Assembly (NCBI GenBank): GCA_029259605.1
Contig: JAJDEV010000081.1
Coordinates: forward strand, 1 to 22,867
Direction: 5' to 3'
From: Planctomycetota bacterium
Lineage (GTDB): Bacteria > Planctomycetota > UBA1135 > GCA-002686595
Length of the DNA stretch: 22,867 bases
The notes under the pieces: model-generated
Databases searched by the model: none
Seen by the model: the letters and a program-made list of their open reading frames with translations, nothing else
What the model was told of the DNA's origin: nothing
Shown here: positions 8,510 to 17,434 of the stretch, in pieces
Layout of the letters: every line of letters begins with the position of its first letter
Numbering within the stretch: the stretch's first letter is position 1
Made by a program: the position numbers and the translations under genes

Positions 8510-9820
8510 ATGCAACGATGGATCGGTTGGATCGTGGCGGGGATCGGAACGGTGGTCCTGGTGCTCGTCGGGTTGTGGATGGCGCAGCCGGATCATGCGG
8601 CGGAGGGCGGTGCGGCGACGCGCCCCTTCGTCGTCCCGGTAACGCTCGCGACGCTGGAACGCGGTGACCTGCGGCCGCAGGTCTCGCTCCGCGGACCCGT
8701 GCGCGCCGGCAGGCGCGCGAAGCTCGGGTTCGACACGAGCGGGATCATCAGCGAGCTCGTCGTCGTCGAGGCGGACATCGTCGAGGGCGACGCCACGCTC
8801 GCGCGGCTGCACCGGGGCGACGAGGAGCACGAGCTCGCGTCGGCCGAGGCCGCGTTCGCGCTCGCGCAGCGCCAGCACGATCTGCTGCTCGCCGGCGAGC
8901 GCGATGAGGAGAAGCGCCGCCTGTACGCCGTGCTCGAGGCCACACGCGCCGAAGCCGAGCTCGCACGCCTGGAGGTCGAGCGCGGCGCTAAGCTGCTGGA
9001 GGATCGGATCCTCTCGCAGTCCGACCAGGACCGACGCATGACCGCGTCCAACGCGGCCGAACAACGGCGCGCGGCGGCCAAGGAGGAGTACGAGCAAGCG
9101 CTCGCGGGCGCGCGCTCCGAGGACCTGGCGATCGCGGCGGCCCGCGTCGACGAGGCGCGCGCGCGGGTCTCCTCGGCGAAGCACTTGCTCGGCAAGACCG
9201 AACTCGTCGCGCCGTGGACCGGCTCGATCGTGCAGCGCTTCGTTTCGGTCGGCGACTACGTTTCCGCCGGCGACCCGGTCTTCGAGCTCGTCGACCTGGA
9301 GAACCTCGAGGTCCACATCGAAGTCCCGGCGCGCTTCGCGCCGCGGCTCGGCTCGCACTCGGACGCGCGTTTGCGCATCGACGGCGAGTCGGGGTTCGCG
9401 ATCAACAAGCCGATCGCAGCGACCATCGCGGCCGCCGACGAGTCGGCGCGCAGCTTTCGCGCGATCGTGCGTCTCAACGCGACGGACGACGGCGGGCGGC
9501 ACCTGAAGCCCGGGATGTTCGTCCGCGCCGAGGTCGACCTCGGGACGGTCGAAGACGCGCTCCTGGTCGCGTCCGATTGCGTCCTCGCGAACGAGAACGG
9601 CACCTACGTCGTGCGCGCGGTCGCGGCGGAAGGCGGCGAAGGCGGGCTCGCCGCCGAGTTCGTGCCCGTGCGCGTCCTCGCGCAGGCGGAAGGACGCTCG
9701 GCGATCGCGAGCGAGTCGGTCGATCTCGCCGCGGGCGATCGGATCGTGCTCACCGGCGGGGACAACGCGTTCCCGGGCGCGACGCTCGTGGCGCACGAGC
9801 GTCCAGAGGCGGCCGAATGA
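8510..9820 (+). CDS. Efflux RND periplasmic adaptor subunit (membrane fusion protein, HlyD/AcrA family)
   Basis: 436 aa. N-terminal TM anchor (WIVAGIGTVVLVLVGLWMA), long coiled-coil hairpin (AEAAFALAQRQHDLLLAGERDEEKRRLYAVLEATRAEAELARLEVER...), lipoyl/beta-barrel segments (LVAPWTGSIVQRFVSVGDYVSAGDPVFELVDLENLEVHIEVPA) and a C-terminal MP domain. Stop overlaps the start of the RND permease (ATGA). Confidence 0.85.
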   Translation: MQRWIGWIVAGIGTVVLVLVGLWMAQPDHAAEGGAATRPFVVPVTLATLERGDLRPQVSLRGPVRAGRRAKLGFDTSGIISELVVVEADIVEGDATLARLHRGDEEHELASAEAAFALAQRQHDLLLAGERDEEKRRLYAVLEATRAEAELARLEVERGAKLLEDRILSQSDQDRRMTASNAAEQRRAAAKEEYEQALAGARSEDLAIAAARVDEARARVSSAKHLLGKTELVAPWTGSIVQRFVSVGDYVSAGDPVFELVDLENLEVHIEVPARFAPRLGSHSDARLRIDGESGFAINKPIAATIAAADESARSFRAIVRLNATDDGGRHLKPGMFVRAEVDLGTVEDALLVASDCVLANENGTYVVRAVAAEGGEGGLAAEFVPVRVLAQAEGRSAIASESVDLAAGDRIVLTGGDNAFPGATLVAHERPEAAE

Positions 9821-12800
9821 ACCCGATCCAAGCCTCGGTCAATCGACCCTACACGGTCGCCGTCGCGGTCATCCTCACCGCGCTCTTCAGCGCGATGGCC
9901 GTGCGGCGCATTCCGGTGCAGCTCAAGCCGACCGTCGACACGCCGCGCATCTCCGTGAACACGAACTTCCGTGGCGCGAGCGCGTCGGAGGTCGAGGAAC
10001 AGGTGACGCGCGAGCTCGAGGACGTGATGCAGAACGTCCAGGGCCTCGCCGAGATGACGAGCACCTCGAGCCAGGGCTCGAGCTCGATCACGCTCGAGTT
10101 CGACCACGGCTTCGACACGCAGGTCGGCCTCGTCGACGTGATCAACAAGCTCAACCAGGTCCCCAGCCTGCCCGAGGAAGCGGACGAGCCGATCGTCTCG
10201 ATCGCGAGTGCCGGCGATCAGCAGGTCGTGAACTGGATCATGGTTCGGTCGCGCTACGACCCGAACAAGGTGCGCCGCATCGTCGAGGACGAGGTCAAGG
10301 CACGCATCGAACGCGTTCCGGGCGTGTCGTCGCTGTTCGTGGTCGGTGGCGCCGAGCGCGAGATCCAGATCCGCATCGACACCGAGCTGCTCGTCGCGCG
10401 CGGCGTGACGTTCGACGACGTGTTCGCCGCCGTCCGCGGCGCCAACGTCAACGTGCGCGGTGGAACCGTCGAGACGATCGGGCGCCAGCCGGTCGTCCGC
10501 ACCGTCGGCCGCGCGGACCGCGCCGTGGACCTCGCGAGCATCATCGTCAAGGAGCTGCCCGCCGGCGCCGTGCGCTTGACCGACGTGGCCGAGATCGTCG
10601 ACGGCTTCCGCGAGAAGTCGGGTTTCGTGAACATGAACGGCAAGGCCGCCACGGGGATGGGCGTCCGACGTCAGGTCGGAACGAACGTCGTCGAGCTCAT
10701 CGAGCGCATCGATGAGGAGATCCTCGCGATCAACGCGGACTTCTCCGTGCGCGGTATCGACGTCGAGCTGTGGCCTGTCTATCGCGAGACGACGTACATC
10801 AACGCCGCCATGGGTTTCGTGAAGCAGAACATGGGCTTCGGCGCGTTGCTCGCGGTCGTCGTCCTCTTGTTCTTCCTGCGCAGCCCGCGCTCGGTGCTGA
10901 TCGCTTCGGTCACGATTCCGATCTCGCTCGCCGCCGTCTTCCTCGTGCTGCTGTGGGCCGACCGATCGCTGAACGTGATCAGCCTCGCCGGTCTCGCGTT
11001 CGCGAGCGGGATGGTGGTCGACAACGCGGTCGTCGTGCTCGAGAACATCTTCCGCCACCTCGAGATGGGCAAGTCGCGCGTGCGCGCCGCGGTCGATGGG
11101 GGGCGCGAGGTGTGGGGCGGTGTGCTCGCGTCCACGCTCACGACCGTCGCCGTCTTCATCCCGATCCTGCTCGAGGCGGACGAGGCGAGTCAGCTCTTCA
11201 CGGATATCGCGCTCGCGATCTCGGCCGCCGTCGGGTTCTCGCTCGTCGTCGCGCTCACGGTCGTCCCCGTGCTCTCGTCGCTCCTCTTCAAGGAGCGCGC
11301 CCCCGACGACGGTCCGCGGCGTGACGGTCCGGTCGGTCGCATGTACGCGCGCTTCTGCGATTGGCTCGCGACGCCGCGCGCCGGCGCCGTGCCGGCCAAG
11401 GCCGGGTTCGTGATGCTCGTCGCGGCCGGCGCGATCGCCGCGGTCGGCGTGGCGCCGCCGGCGGAGTACCTCCCGACGGGGAACCGCAACCTCATCATGT
11501 TCTTCGCGGACCCGATTCCGGGCACGCGGCCCGAAGCCATCGCCGAGAACTACCGTCCCTTCGAAGAGTGGGTGCTCGCGCAGCCCGAGACCGAGCGCAT
11601 GTTCACGGTCTCCGGCGGCTTCAACGGCGGGGGCATCGTGCTCAAGGACGAGTTCGCCGACGGCGCGTCGCTCGCCGCGTTCCACGGGAAGATGTTCGGG
11701 CCCGGGTCGATGCTGCCCGGCTTCCGCTTCCTGGTGCCGGTGCGTTCCAGTCTGTTCGAGAACCCGGGCAAGCAGTTCGAGATCGAGCTGTCGGGACCGG
11801 ACCTCGCGCTGCTCGAGGGAGCGGGCGATGAGCTGCAGCGTTTGCTCCGTTCGGTCTCCGGCGTGGAGTCGATCCGCAGTTCGCTCGTCTCGGGGCAACC
11901 CGAGCTGCGTGTCGTGGTCGACGAGGTGCGCGCGAAGAAGCTCGACCTCGACGTGGCCGAGATCGGTCGCATCGTCGAGGCGGTCGTCGCCGGTCGGCGC
12001 GTGACCGAGATGCTCGACGGCGGACGCGAAGTCGACCTGAACGTCGTCGCGCCGCAGGCGCACGTCGGCTCACTCGAAGACCTCGCCGGGGTTCGCTTCC
12101 GGACGAAGTCGGGCGACGTCATCGCGCTCGGCGACGTGGCGACGATCACGCAAACCGCCGGGCCGCAGTCGATTCGCCGGCTCGAGCGCGTGCGCAATGC
12201 GCTCCTCACGGTGAACATCGCGCAGGACGCACCGCTGGAGGCCGTGCTCGAGCACGTCGAGCAGGAGGTCTTCCCCGTGGTGCGCGCGCGGCTCGGTCCA
12301 GCCTACAGCATCCGCTTCGGCGGCTCGGCCGACGCGCTGCGCCAGTCGCTGTCGTCGCTTTCGTCCGGGTTCGGCTTCTCGGTCCTCATCATCTATCTGT
12401 TGCTCGTCGCGCTGTTCAGGAGCTGGGTCTCGCCGTTCGTGATCCTCGTCTCCGTTCCGCTCGCGCTGTCGGGTGGCTTGATCGCGATTCGCCTGGCGAG
12501 CGACTGGACCGGCGGCGCGGCGTCGTTCGACGTGATCTCGATGCTCGGTTTCGTGATCCTCGCCGGGCTGGTCGTGAACAACGCGATCCTGATCGTGCAC
12601 CAGGCAAACAACTTCCGCGACGAGGGCATCGAGCGTCGTCGCGCACTCGCCGAATCGGCCAAGTCGCGACTGCGTCCGATCCTGATGAGCGTGACGACGA
12701 CGGTCGTCGGCATGACGCCGCTCGCGTTGGGGGGCGGCGCGGGCGCGGAGCTCTACCAAGGGCTCGGCGTCGTGATCGTCGGCGGCCTGCTCTGCTCGAC

Positions 12801-12927
12801 GCTCTTCACGCTGTTCCTCGTTCCGGTGCTCATCAGTCTCGGATACGACGCGAGCGACTGGGCCCTCGCCCGGCGCGGCGCTCCGGCGTCGCGCGACGGC
12901 GACACGGTGCAGCCGGCGAGCGCGTAG
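9817..12927 (+). CDS. Efflux RND transporter permease subunit (AcrB/HAE1-like), 12-TM with two large periplasmic loops
   Basis: 1036 aa from ATG 9817 (SD GAGGCGG 6 nt upstream; ATGA overlap with the MFP stop). MNPIQASVNRPYTVAVAVILTALFSAMAVRRIPVQLKPTVDTPRISVNTNFRGASASEVEEQVTRELE is a textbook RND N-terminus. Conserved TM4/TM10 regions (ASGMVVDNAVVVLENIFRHLE; ILAGLVVNNAILIVHQAN). The upstream part of the track ORF (9214-9816) is an Arg-rich artifact. Confidence 0.95.
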   Translation: MNPIQASVNRPYTVAVAVILTALFSAMAVRRIPVQLKPTVDTPRISVNTNFRGASASEVEEQVTRELEDVMQNVQGLAEMTSTSSQGSSSITLEFDHGFDTQVGLVDVINKLNQVPSLPEEADEPIVSIASAGDQQVVNWIMVRSRYDPNKVRRIVEDEVKARIERVPGVSSLFVVGGAEREIQIRIDTELLVARGVTFDDVFAAVRGANVNVRGGTVETIGRQPVVRTVGRADRAVDLASIIVKELPAGAVRLTDVAEIVDGFREKSGFVNMNGKAATGMGVRRQVGTNVVELIERIDEEILAINADFSVRGIDVELWPVYRETTYINAAMGFVKQNMGFGALLAVVVLLFFLRSPRSVLIASVTIPISLAAVFLVLLWADRSLNVISLAGLAFASGMVVDNAVVVLENIFRHLEMGKSRVRAAVDGGREVWGGVLASTLTTVAVFIPILLEADEASQLFTDIALAISAAVGFSLVVALTVVPVLSSLLFKERAPDDGPRRDGPVGRMYARFCDWLATPRAGAVPAKAGFVMLVAAGAIAAVGVAPPAEYLPTGNRNLIMFFADPIPGTRPEAIAENYRPFEEWVLAQPETERMFTVSGGFNGGGIVLKDEFADGASLAAFHGKMFGPGSMLPGFRFLVPVRSSLFENPGKQFEIELSGPDLALLEGAGDELQRLLRSVSGVESIRSSLVSGQPELRVVVDEVRAKKLDLDVAEIGRIVEAVVAGRRVTEMLDGGREVDLNVVAPQAHVGSLEDLAGVRFRTKSGDVIALGDVATITQTAGPQSIRRLERVRNALLTVNIAQDAPLEAVLEHVEQEVFPVVRARLGPAYSIRFGGSADALRQSLSSLSSGFGFSVLIIYLLLVALFRSWVSPFVILVSVPLALSGGLIAIRLASDWTGGAASFDVISMLGFVILAGLVVNNAILIVHQANNFRDEGIERRRALAESAKSRLRPILMSVTTTVVGMTPLALGGGAGAELYQGLGVVIVGGLLCSTLFTLFLVPVLISLGYDASDWALARRGAPASRDGDTVQPASA

Positions 12928-13024
12928 AAGTTCGAAAGCGGGCCGCAGGAGTTCGCGCGCGCGGCGGTAGGCTCGTCGCGTACGCGGCTCCCGAAGCCGC
13001 CGTAACCCGCCCGACGTCCGCATC

Positions 13025-13030
13025 GAGGAG
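13025..13030 (+). promoter_or_regulatory. Shine-Dalgarno (GAGGAG) for terC-family gene
   Basis: GAGGAG 5 nt upstream of GTG 13036. Confidence 0.45.
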
Positions 13031-13035
13031 CGCCC

Positions 13036-13758
13036 GTGTTCGATTGGATCTTCGACCCCCAGGCTTGGATCGCGTTCGCGACGCTCACGCTGCTCGAGAT
13101 CGTGCTCGGCGTCGACAACATCGTCTTCTTGTCGATCCTCTCCGGTCGACTGCCGGCCGCACAGCAGGAGCGCGCGCGGCGGCTCGGTCTCGCGATGGCG
13201 CTCTTCGGCCGCATCGCGCTTCTGCTCTCGATCACGTGGATCATGCGTCTGGTCGAGCCGCTCTTCTCCGTGATGGAGACCGAGATTTCGGGGCGTGACC
13301 TGATCCTGCTCGCGGGAGGCTTGTTCTTGCTCGCGAAGGCGACGCACGAGATCCACAACAACATCGAGGGGGATGGGCCGCACGCGCGCGATGCGAAGCG
13401 CGCGACCTTCGGCTCCGTCCTGGTGCAGATCTTCCTGTTCGACCTCGTCTTCTCGCTCGACTCGGTCATCACCGCGGTCGGGATGGCGGACGACATCGGC
13501 GTCATGGTCGCGGCCGTCGTCGTGGCGGTCGGTTTCATGATGTTCAGCGCGCGCGCCGTCGCGGCGTTCATCGACAAGCACCCGACGGTCAAGATGCTGG
13601 CGCTCTCGTTCCTGCTGCTCGTCGCCGTCGCGCTCATCGCGGACGGACTCGAGTTCCACATCCCGCGCGGCTACATCTACTTCGCCATGGCGTTCTCGAT
13701 CTTCGTCGAGATGCTCAACCTGCGCATACGTCGATCGCACGGAGCGCCCGGCGAGTAG
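13036..13758 (+). CDS. TerC-family integral membrane protein (YkoY/Alx-like)
   Basis: 240 aa, ~7 TM. TerC hallmark N-terminus AFATLTLLEIVLGVDNIVFLSIL and second-half repeat FLFDLVFSLDSVITAVGMADDIGVMVAAVV. GTG start with SD. Confidence 0.85.
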   Translation: MFDWIFDPQAWIAFATLTLLEIVLGVDNIVFLSILSGRLPAAQQERARRLGLAMALFGRIALLLSITWIMRLVEPLFSVMETEISGRDLILLAGGLFLLAKATHEIHNNIEGDGPHARDAKRATFGSVLVQIFLFDLVFSLDSVITAVGMADDIGVMVAAVVVAVGFMMFSARAVAAFIDKHPTVKMLALSFLLLVAVALIADGLEFHIPRGYIYFAMAFSIFVEMLNLRIRRSHGAPGE

Positions 13759-13817
13759 CGAAGCGCGCGCCTGACAGCGGAGCCGCGCCCGGCTACCATC
13801 TCGCCTCGCGCCCTGAC

Positions 13818-13826
13818 GGAAGGAGG
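13818..13826 (+). promoter_or_regulatory. Shine-Dalgarno (GGAAGGAGG) for M14 peptidase gene
   Basis: Strong SD 5 nt upstream of GTG 13832. Confidence 0.55.
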
Positions 13827-13831
13827 ACTCC

Positions 13832-16318
13832 GTGCGATCGAGATCAGCCCTTTGGTTCCTGTTGTGTGCTTCGATTGCGAGCGCGGTCCCGTCCGCGCAA
13901 GTCACGAGCCCCGAAGCCCACCTTGGGCGTCCGGTCGGCGCGGACTTCGAGCTCGCGGATTGGGGCGAGGTGTCCGGCTACTACCGCGCGCTCGCCAACG
14001 ACAGTCCGCGCGTGCGCGTCGAGACGGTCGGCGCGACGACCGAGGGACGCGACTTCCTGCTGGCGACGATTTCGAGCGAAGCGAACCTCGCGCGCCTCGA
14101 GGAGATCCGCGCCGCCGCGCGCCGCATCGCCGATCCGCGCGGTATCGGTGACGACGAGCGCGAAGCGCTGCTCGAACGCGCGAAGCCGATCGTCTTCGTC
14201 TCGATCGCGATGCACTCGACCGAGACCGCGGCGCCGCAGTTCGGCATGGAGTTCGCGCACCGGCTCGCGACGTCCGACGAGGAGCCTTACCGCTCGGCGC
14301 GCGAGGAACTCGTCGTCCTGATCGCACCGTGCCTCAATCCCGACGGCCTCGACCACGTCGTCGAGTGGTATCGCGAGACGGTCGGCACGCCGTACGAAGC
14401 GGCGGGGTTGCTCAAGCTCTATCAGTTCTACGCGGGGCACGACAACAACCGCGACTGGTTCATGCTGTCGCAGTCCGAGACGCAGATCGTGACGCGGCTG
14501 CTCTACTCCGAGTGGTTCCCGCAGGTCTATTGGGACGTGCACCAGCAGGGTCGCTCCGAGGAGCGTTTCTTCGTTCCGCCGTTCCGCGACCCGCTCAACC
14601 CGAACCTCGACGCCGGAGTCATCGCCGGCATCGGCCAGCTCGGCGCGCGCGCGCTCTTCGACATGACGGGCGAGGGCTTCTCGGGCGTGTCCACCGGCGT
14701 CTCGTACGACATGTGGTGGAACGGCGGCAACCGCAACGTTCCCGTGCGCCACAACATCATCGGACTCCTGACCGAAGCCGCGTCGGTCAACATCGCGTCG
14801 CCGGTGTTCCTGCCGAAGCGCGAGCTGCGCGCGCCCGGCGGATTGAACGAGTACGGACCGTCGAACCGCTTCCCGAAGCCGTGGCCCGGCGGTTGGTGGC
14901 GCCTGCGCGACATCATCGAGTACGAGCACGCGTTCTCGCGGTCGCTCGTTTCGAGCATCGCGCGCGAGCCGCGGCTTTGGCTCGAGAACTCGCTGGATGC
15001 GGCCGAGCGCGCGATCGCCGCCGGCACGCACGATGCGCCGCGCGCGTGGATCCTCCCGAACTCGAATACGGACCGCGGCGCGACCCAGCGCCTGGCCGAG
15101 ACGCTCCTCCTCAGCGGCGTCGAGCTCTTCGTCGCGGACGCGCCGATCGACGCCGACGGACGCACGTGGCCCGCGGGCTCGATCGTCATCCGTCGTGACC
15201 AGCCCTACGGCCAGCACGTGAAGGACCTCTTCGAAGTGCAGCGCTATCCGGAAGGCGAGGCGCCGTACGACGTCGCCGGCTGGACGCTGCCGTTCCTGCT
15301 CGGTGTGCGTCGGGTCGAGGTCATGCAGTCGCTCGACGGTTCGTTCCGTCGCGTCACCACGGCGGCCGACGCGGTGGCGTCGTTCGAGAGCGGCGTCGCG
15401 GACGGGCGCGCCGACTCGCGCGACAGCGACGCGTGGGTCGACGTGTTCCGGCGCCTGGGCGCGGGTGAAGAGCTGGCGTTCGCGTTCGACGGCGACGACG
15501 CGGGCGTGTTCACGCCATCGAGCGGAACGAGTGCGGCAGAAGAATCCGACGAGGACGCGCTCCCCACGCAGGCCCAGTTCGCCGGCGTCCCGCGGATCGG
15601 CGTCTACGCGCCGTGGAGCGGGAGCATGGATGAGGGTTGGCTGCGCTTCGCGCTCGATCGCTTCGGTGTTCCGTTCCTCTCCGTGCGCAACGAGATGGTT
15701 CGCGCGGGGGATCTCGGGGATCTGGTCGACGTGCTGGTGATCGCGAGCATCCCCGGCCGCCAGCTCGACGCGGGGCGAACGGAGGGCAGCGTGCCCCCCG
15801 AGTTCGCGCGCGGGCTCGATCCCGAAGGCGCCGCGGCGATCGATGAGTTCGTTCGCACCGGCGGTCGCCTGGTCGCGATCGGCAGCTCGGCGACCTGGGC
15901 GATCGAGCTCTTCGACCTGCCGCTCGAGGACGTGACGCGCGGCGACGAGGCGGGCGAGTTCTCGTGTCCGGGCAGCGTGTTGCGCACGGTCCCCGAGACC
16001 GCGGGGCGCGGCGCGCGGCTGACCGCCGGCCTGCCCGCATCGATCCCGATCTTCTTCTCGCGGTCCGCGGCGTGGAAGCCCGCAGACGACGCGGGCGACG
16101 AGGCCGACGAGCTCGAGGTGCTCCTGCGCTACGCGCCGACGCGCGTCTTGCTGTCCGGTTGGGTGCGCGCGCCCGAGGTCATCGCCGGGGCGTCGGCGTG
16201 GATCCGCGCGCCGCATGGTGCGGGCTCGGTCGATCTCTTCGGCTTCCGGCCGCAGTATCGCGGCTGGTCCCAGGGGACGTTCCAGCTCCTCTTCCGCGCC
16301 ATCCTCTTCGGGGATTGA
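13832..16318 (+). CDS. Secreted M14-family zinc carboxypeptidase with C-terminal class-I glutamine-amidotransferase-like (ThuA/DJ-1-like fold) domain
   Basis: 828 aa. Sec signal peptide (MRSRSALWFLLCASIASAVPSA). M14 zinc-ligand/catalytic motifs in canonical order: HSTE (HxxE), NPDG, GHDNNRDW (N-R substrate-binding pair), later His (DVHQQG). C-terminal ~300 aa (RIGVYAPWSGSMDEGWLRFALDRFGVPF...DVLVIASIPG...FVRTGGRLVAIGSSATWAIELF) resembles a GATase1-like fold; this is inference from pattern, not a search. Confidence 0.8.
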   Translation: MRSRSALWFLLCASIASAVPSAQVTSPEAHLGRPVGADFELADWGEVSGYYRALANDSPRVRVETVGATTEGRDFLLATISSEANLARLEEIRAAARRIADPRGIGDDEREALLERAKPIVFVSIAMHSTETAAPQFGMEFAHRLATSDEEPYRSAREELVVLIAPCLNPDGLDHVVEWYRETVGTPYEAAGLLKLYQFYAGHDNNRDWFMLSQSETQIVTRLLYSEWFPQVYWDVHQQGRSEERFFVPPFRDPLNPNLDAGVIAGIGQLGARALFDMTGEGFSGVSTGVSYDMWWNGGNRNVPVRHNIIGLLTEAASVNIASPVFLPKRELRAPGGLNEYGPSNRFPKPWPGGWWRLRDIIEYEHAFSRSLVSSIAREPRLWLENSLDAAERAIAAGTHDAPRAWILPNSNTDRGATQRLAETLLLSGVELFVADAPIDADGRTWPAGSIVIRRDQPYGQHVKDLFEVQRYPEGEAPYDVAGWTLPFLLGVRRVEVMQSLDGSFRRVTTAADAVASFESGVADGRADSRDSDAWVDVFRRLGAGEELAFAFDGDDAGVFTPSSGTSAAEESDEDALPTQAQFAGVPRIGVYAPWSGSMDEGWLRFALDRFGVPFLSVRNEMVRAGDLGDLVDVLVIASIPGRQLDAGRTEGSVPPEFARGLDPEGAAAIDEFVRTGGRLVAIGSSATWAIELFDLPLEDVTRGDEAGEFSCPGSVLRTVPETAGRGARLTAGLPASIPIFFSRSAAWKPADDAGDEADELEVLLRYAPTRVLLSGWVRAPEVIAGASAWIRAPHGAGSVDLFGFRPQYRGWSQGTFQLLFRAILFGD

Positions 16319-16321
16319 GCG

Positions 16322-17224
16322 ATGGCAACGGGCGAGGACGACGGAGGACCGGCGGCGACGATCGAGATCGTGCGCGGCGACAACCTCGACGTCCTGCGCA
16401 CCCTCGCGGACGCGTCGTTCCAGCTCGTCTACATCGACCCGCCGTTCAACACGGGCAAGCGGCAGCGGCTCACGCGGTTGCGCACGTCGCGCGACGAGGA
16501 CGGGGACCGCGTCGGGTTCGGCGGACATCGCTACCGGTCCGAGCTCGTTTCCGACGTCGCCTATGGCGATCGGTTCGACGACTACCTCTCGTTCCTCGGA
16601 CCGCGACTCGAGGAAGCGCAGCGCGTGCTCGACGCGACCGGCAGCCTGTTCGTTCACGTCGACCCGCGCGAGTCGCACTACGTGAAGGTCTTCCTCGACG
16701 GCCTGTTCGGGCGCGACTGCTTCCAGAACGAGATCATCTGGTCGTACGACTACGGAGCGCGGTCCAAGCGGCGCTGGCCCGCCAAGCACGACACGATTCT
16801 GTGGTACGTGCGCGACCCGAAGAACTACGTCTACCGCTACGACGACATCGACCGCATTCCCTATCTCGCGCCCGGGCTGGTCGGTCGCGAGAAGGCGGCG
16901 CGCGGCAAGACGCCGACCGATGTCTGGTGGAACACGATCGTCCCGCCGAGCGGACGCGAGCGCACCGGCTATCCGACGCAGAAGCCGCTGGCGATCCTCG
17001 AACGCATCGTTTGCGTGCATTCGAACCCCGGTGACCGGGTGCTCGACTTCTTCGCGGGCAGCGGGACGACGGGGGAGGCCGCTTGGAAGCACGGGCGGTC
17101 GTGCGTCCTGGTCGACTCCCACCCGGAGGCGATCCAGACCATGGAGCGCCGGCTGGCCCCCGCGGAGCCCCGCGTGCGCGAGGTCGACCAGGCGGCGGAG
17201 ACCGGTCGCGAAACGGATCGTTGA
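16322..17224 (+). CDS. Site-specific DNA amino-methyltransferase, beta class (N6-adenine or N4-cytosine; N6_N4_Mtase family), orphan
   Basis: 300 aa. Motif IV IDPPFNTGK near the N-terminus and motif I (VLDFFAGSGTTGEAA) near the C-terminus, i.e. the IV-then-I order of beta-class MTases (CcrM/PvuII/RsrI-like); YPTQKPLAILERIV precedes motif I. Starts 3 nt after the M14 peptidase stop. No restriction endonuclease candidate anywhere in the window. Confidence 0.85.
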   Translation: MATGEDDGGPAATIEIVRGDNLDVLRTLADASFQLVYIDPPFNTGKRQRLTRLRTSRDEDGDRVGFGGHRYRSELVSDVAYGDRFDDYLSFLGPRLEEAQRVLDATGSLFVHVDPRESHYVKVFLDGLFGRDCFQNEIIWSYDYGARSKRRWPAKHDTILWYVRDPKNYVYRYDDIDRIPYLAPGLVGREKAARGKTPTDVWWNTIVPPSGRERTGYPTQKPLAILERIVCVHSNPGDRVLDFFAGSGTTGEAAWKHGRSCVLVDSHPEAIQTMERRLAPAEPRVREVDQAAETGRETDR

Positions 17225-17434
17225 ATCCGTTCGACGCGGGCCCAAGAGAGGGGCCGGAGCCCGGCGGTTGTGTGAGCGCGAGTCACGGTTTCCACGACCC
17301 CTCCTCATCGGAAACCTCCGAAGACTCATCGGCTCGCGCTTTCCTGCGCTTCGTGATGGCCTTCTTAGGGATGGAGACCGCCGGGCTCCCCCTCGCCCCC
17401 CGCGCGATCGAAGCCGTTCTCCCGGACGCAGGGG

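Noticed and set aside
5573-9796. 1407-aa minus-strand ORF spanning four real genes; likewise 9604..12063 (-), 12070..13905 (-), 13844..17329 (-), 18567..21893 (-), 3738..5321 (+), 4096..5646 (-), 4766..5356 (+), 15964..17034 (+) and 19345..20265 (+)
   Set aside because: All are Arg/Pro/Asp-dominated low-complexity translations that overlap, antisense or frameshifted, genes with clear family signatures (flotillin, RND permease, M14, EF-G and others). Their composition is what an open non-coding frame in high-GC sequence looks like.
9214-9816. N-terminal 200-aa extension of the RND permease ORF
   Set aside because: Arg-rich artifact in the +1 frame of the adaptor gene. ATG 9817 with SD and ATGA coupling gives the canonical RND N-terminus.
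16322-17224. Complete restriction-modification system
   Set aside because: Only the methyltransferase is present. The flanks are a secreted peptidase and a non-coding inverted-repeat element followed by HMGR. No nuclease-like ORF (PD-(D/E)xK, HNH or GIY-YIG) is visible on either strand nearby.
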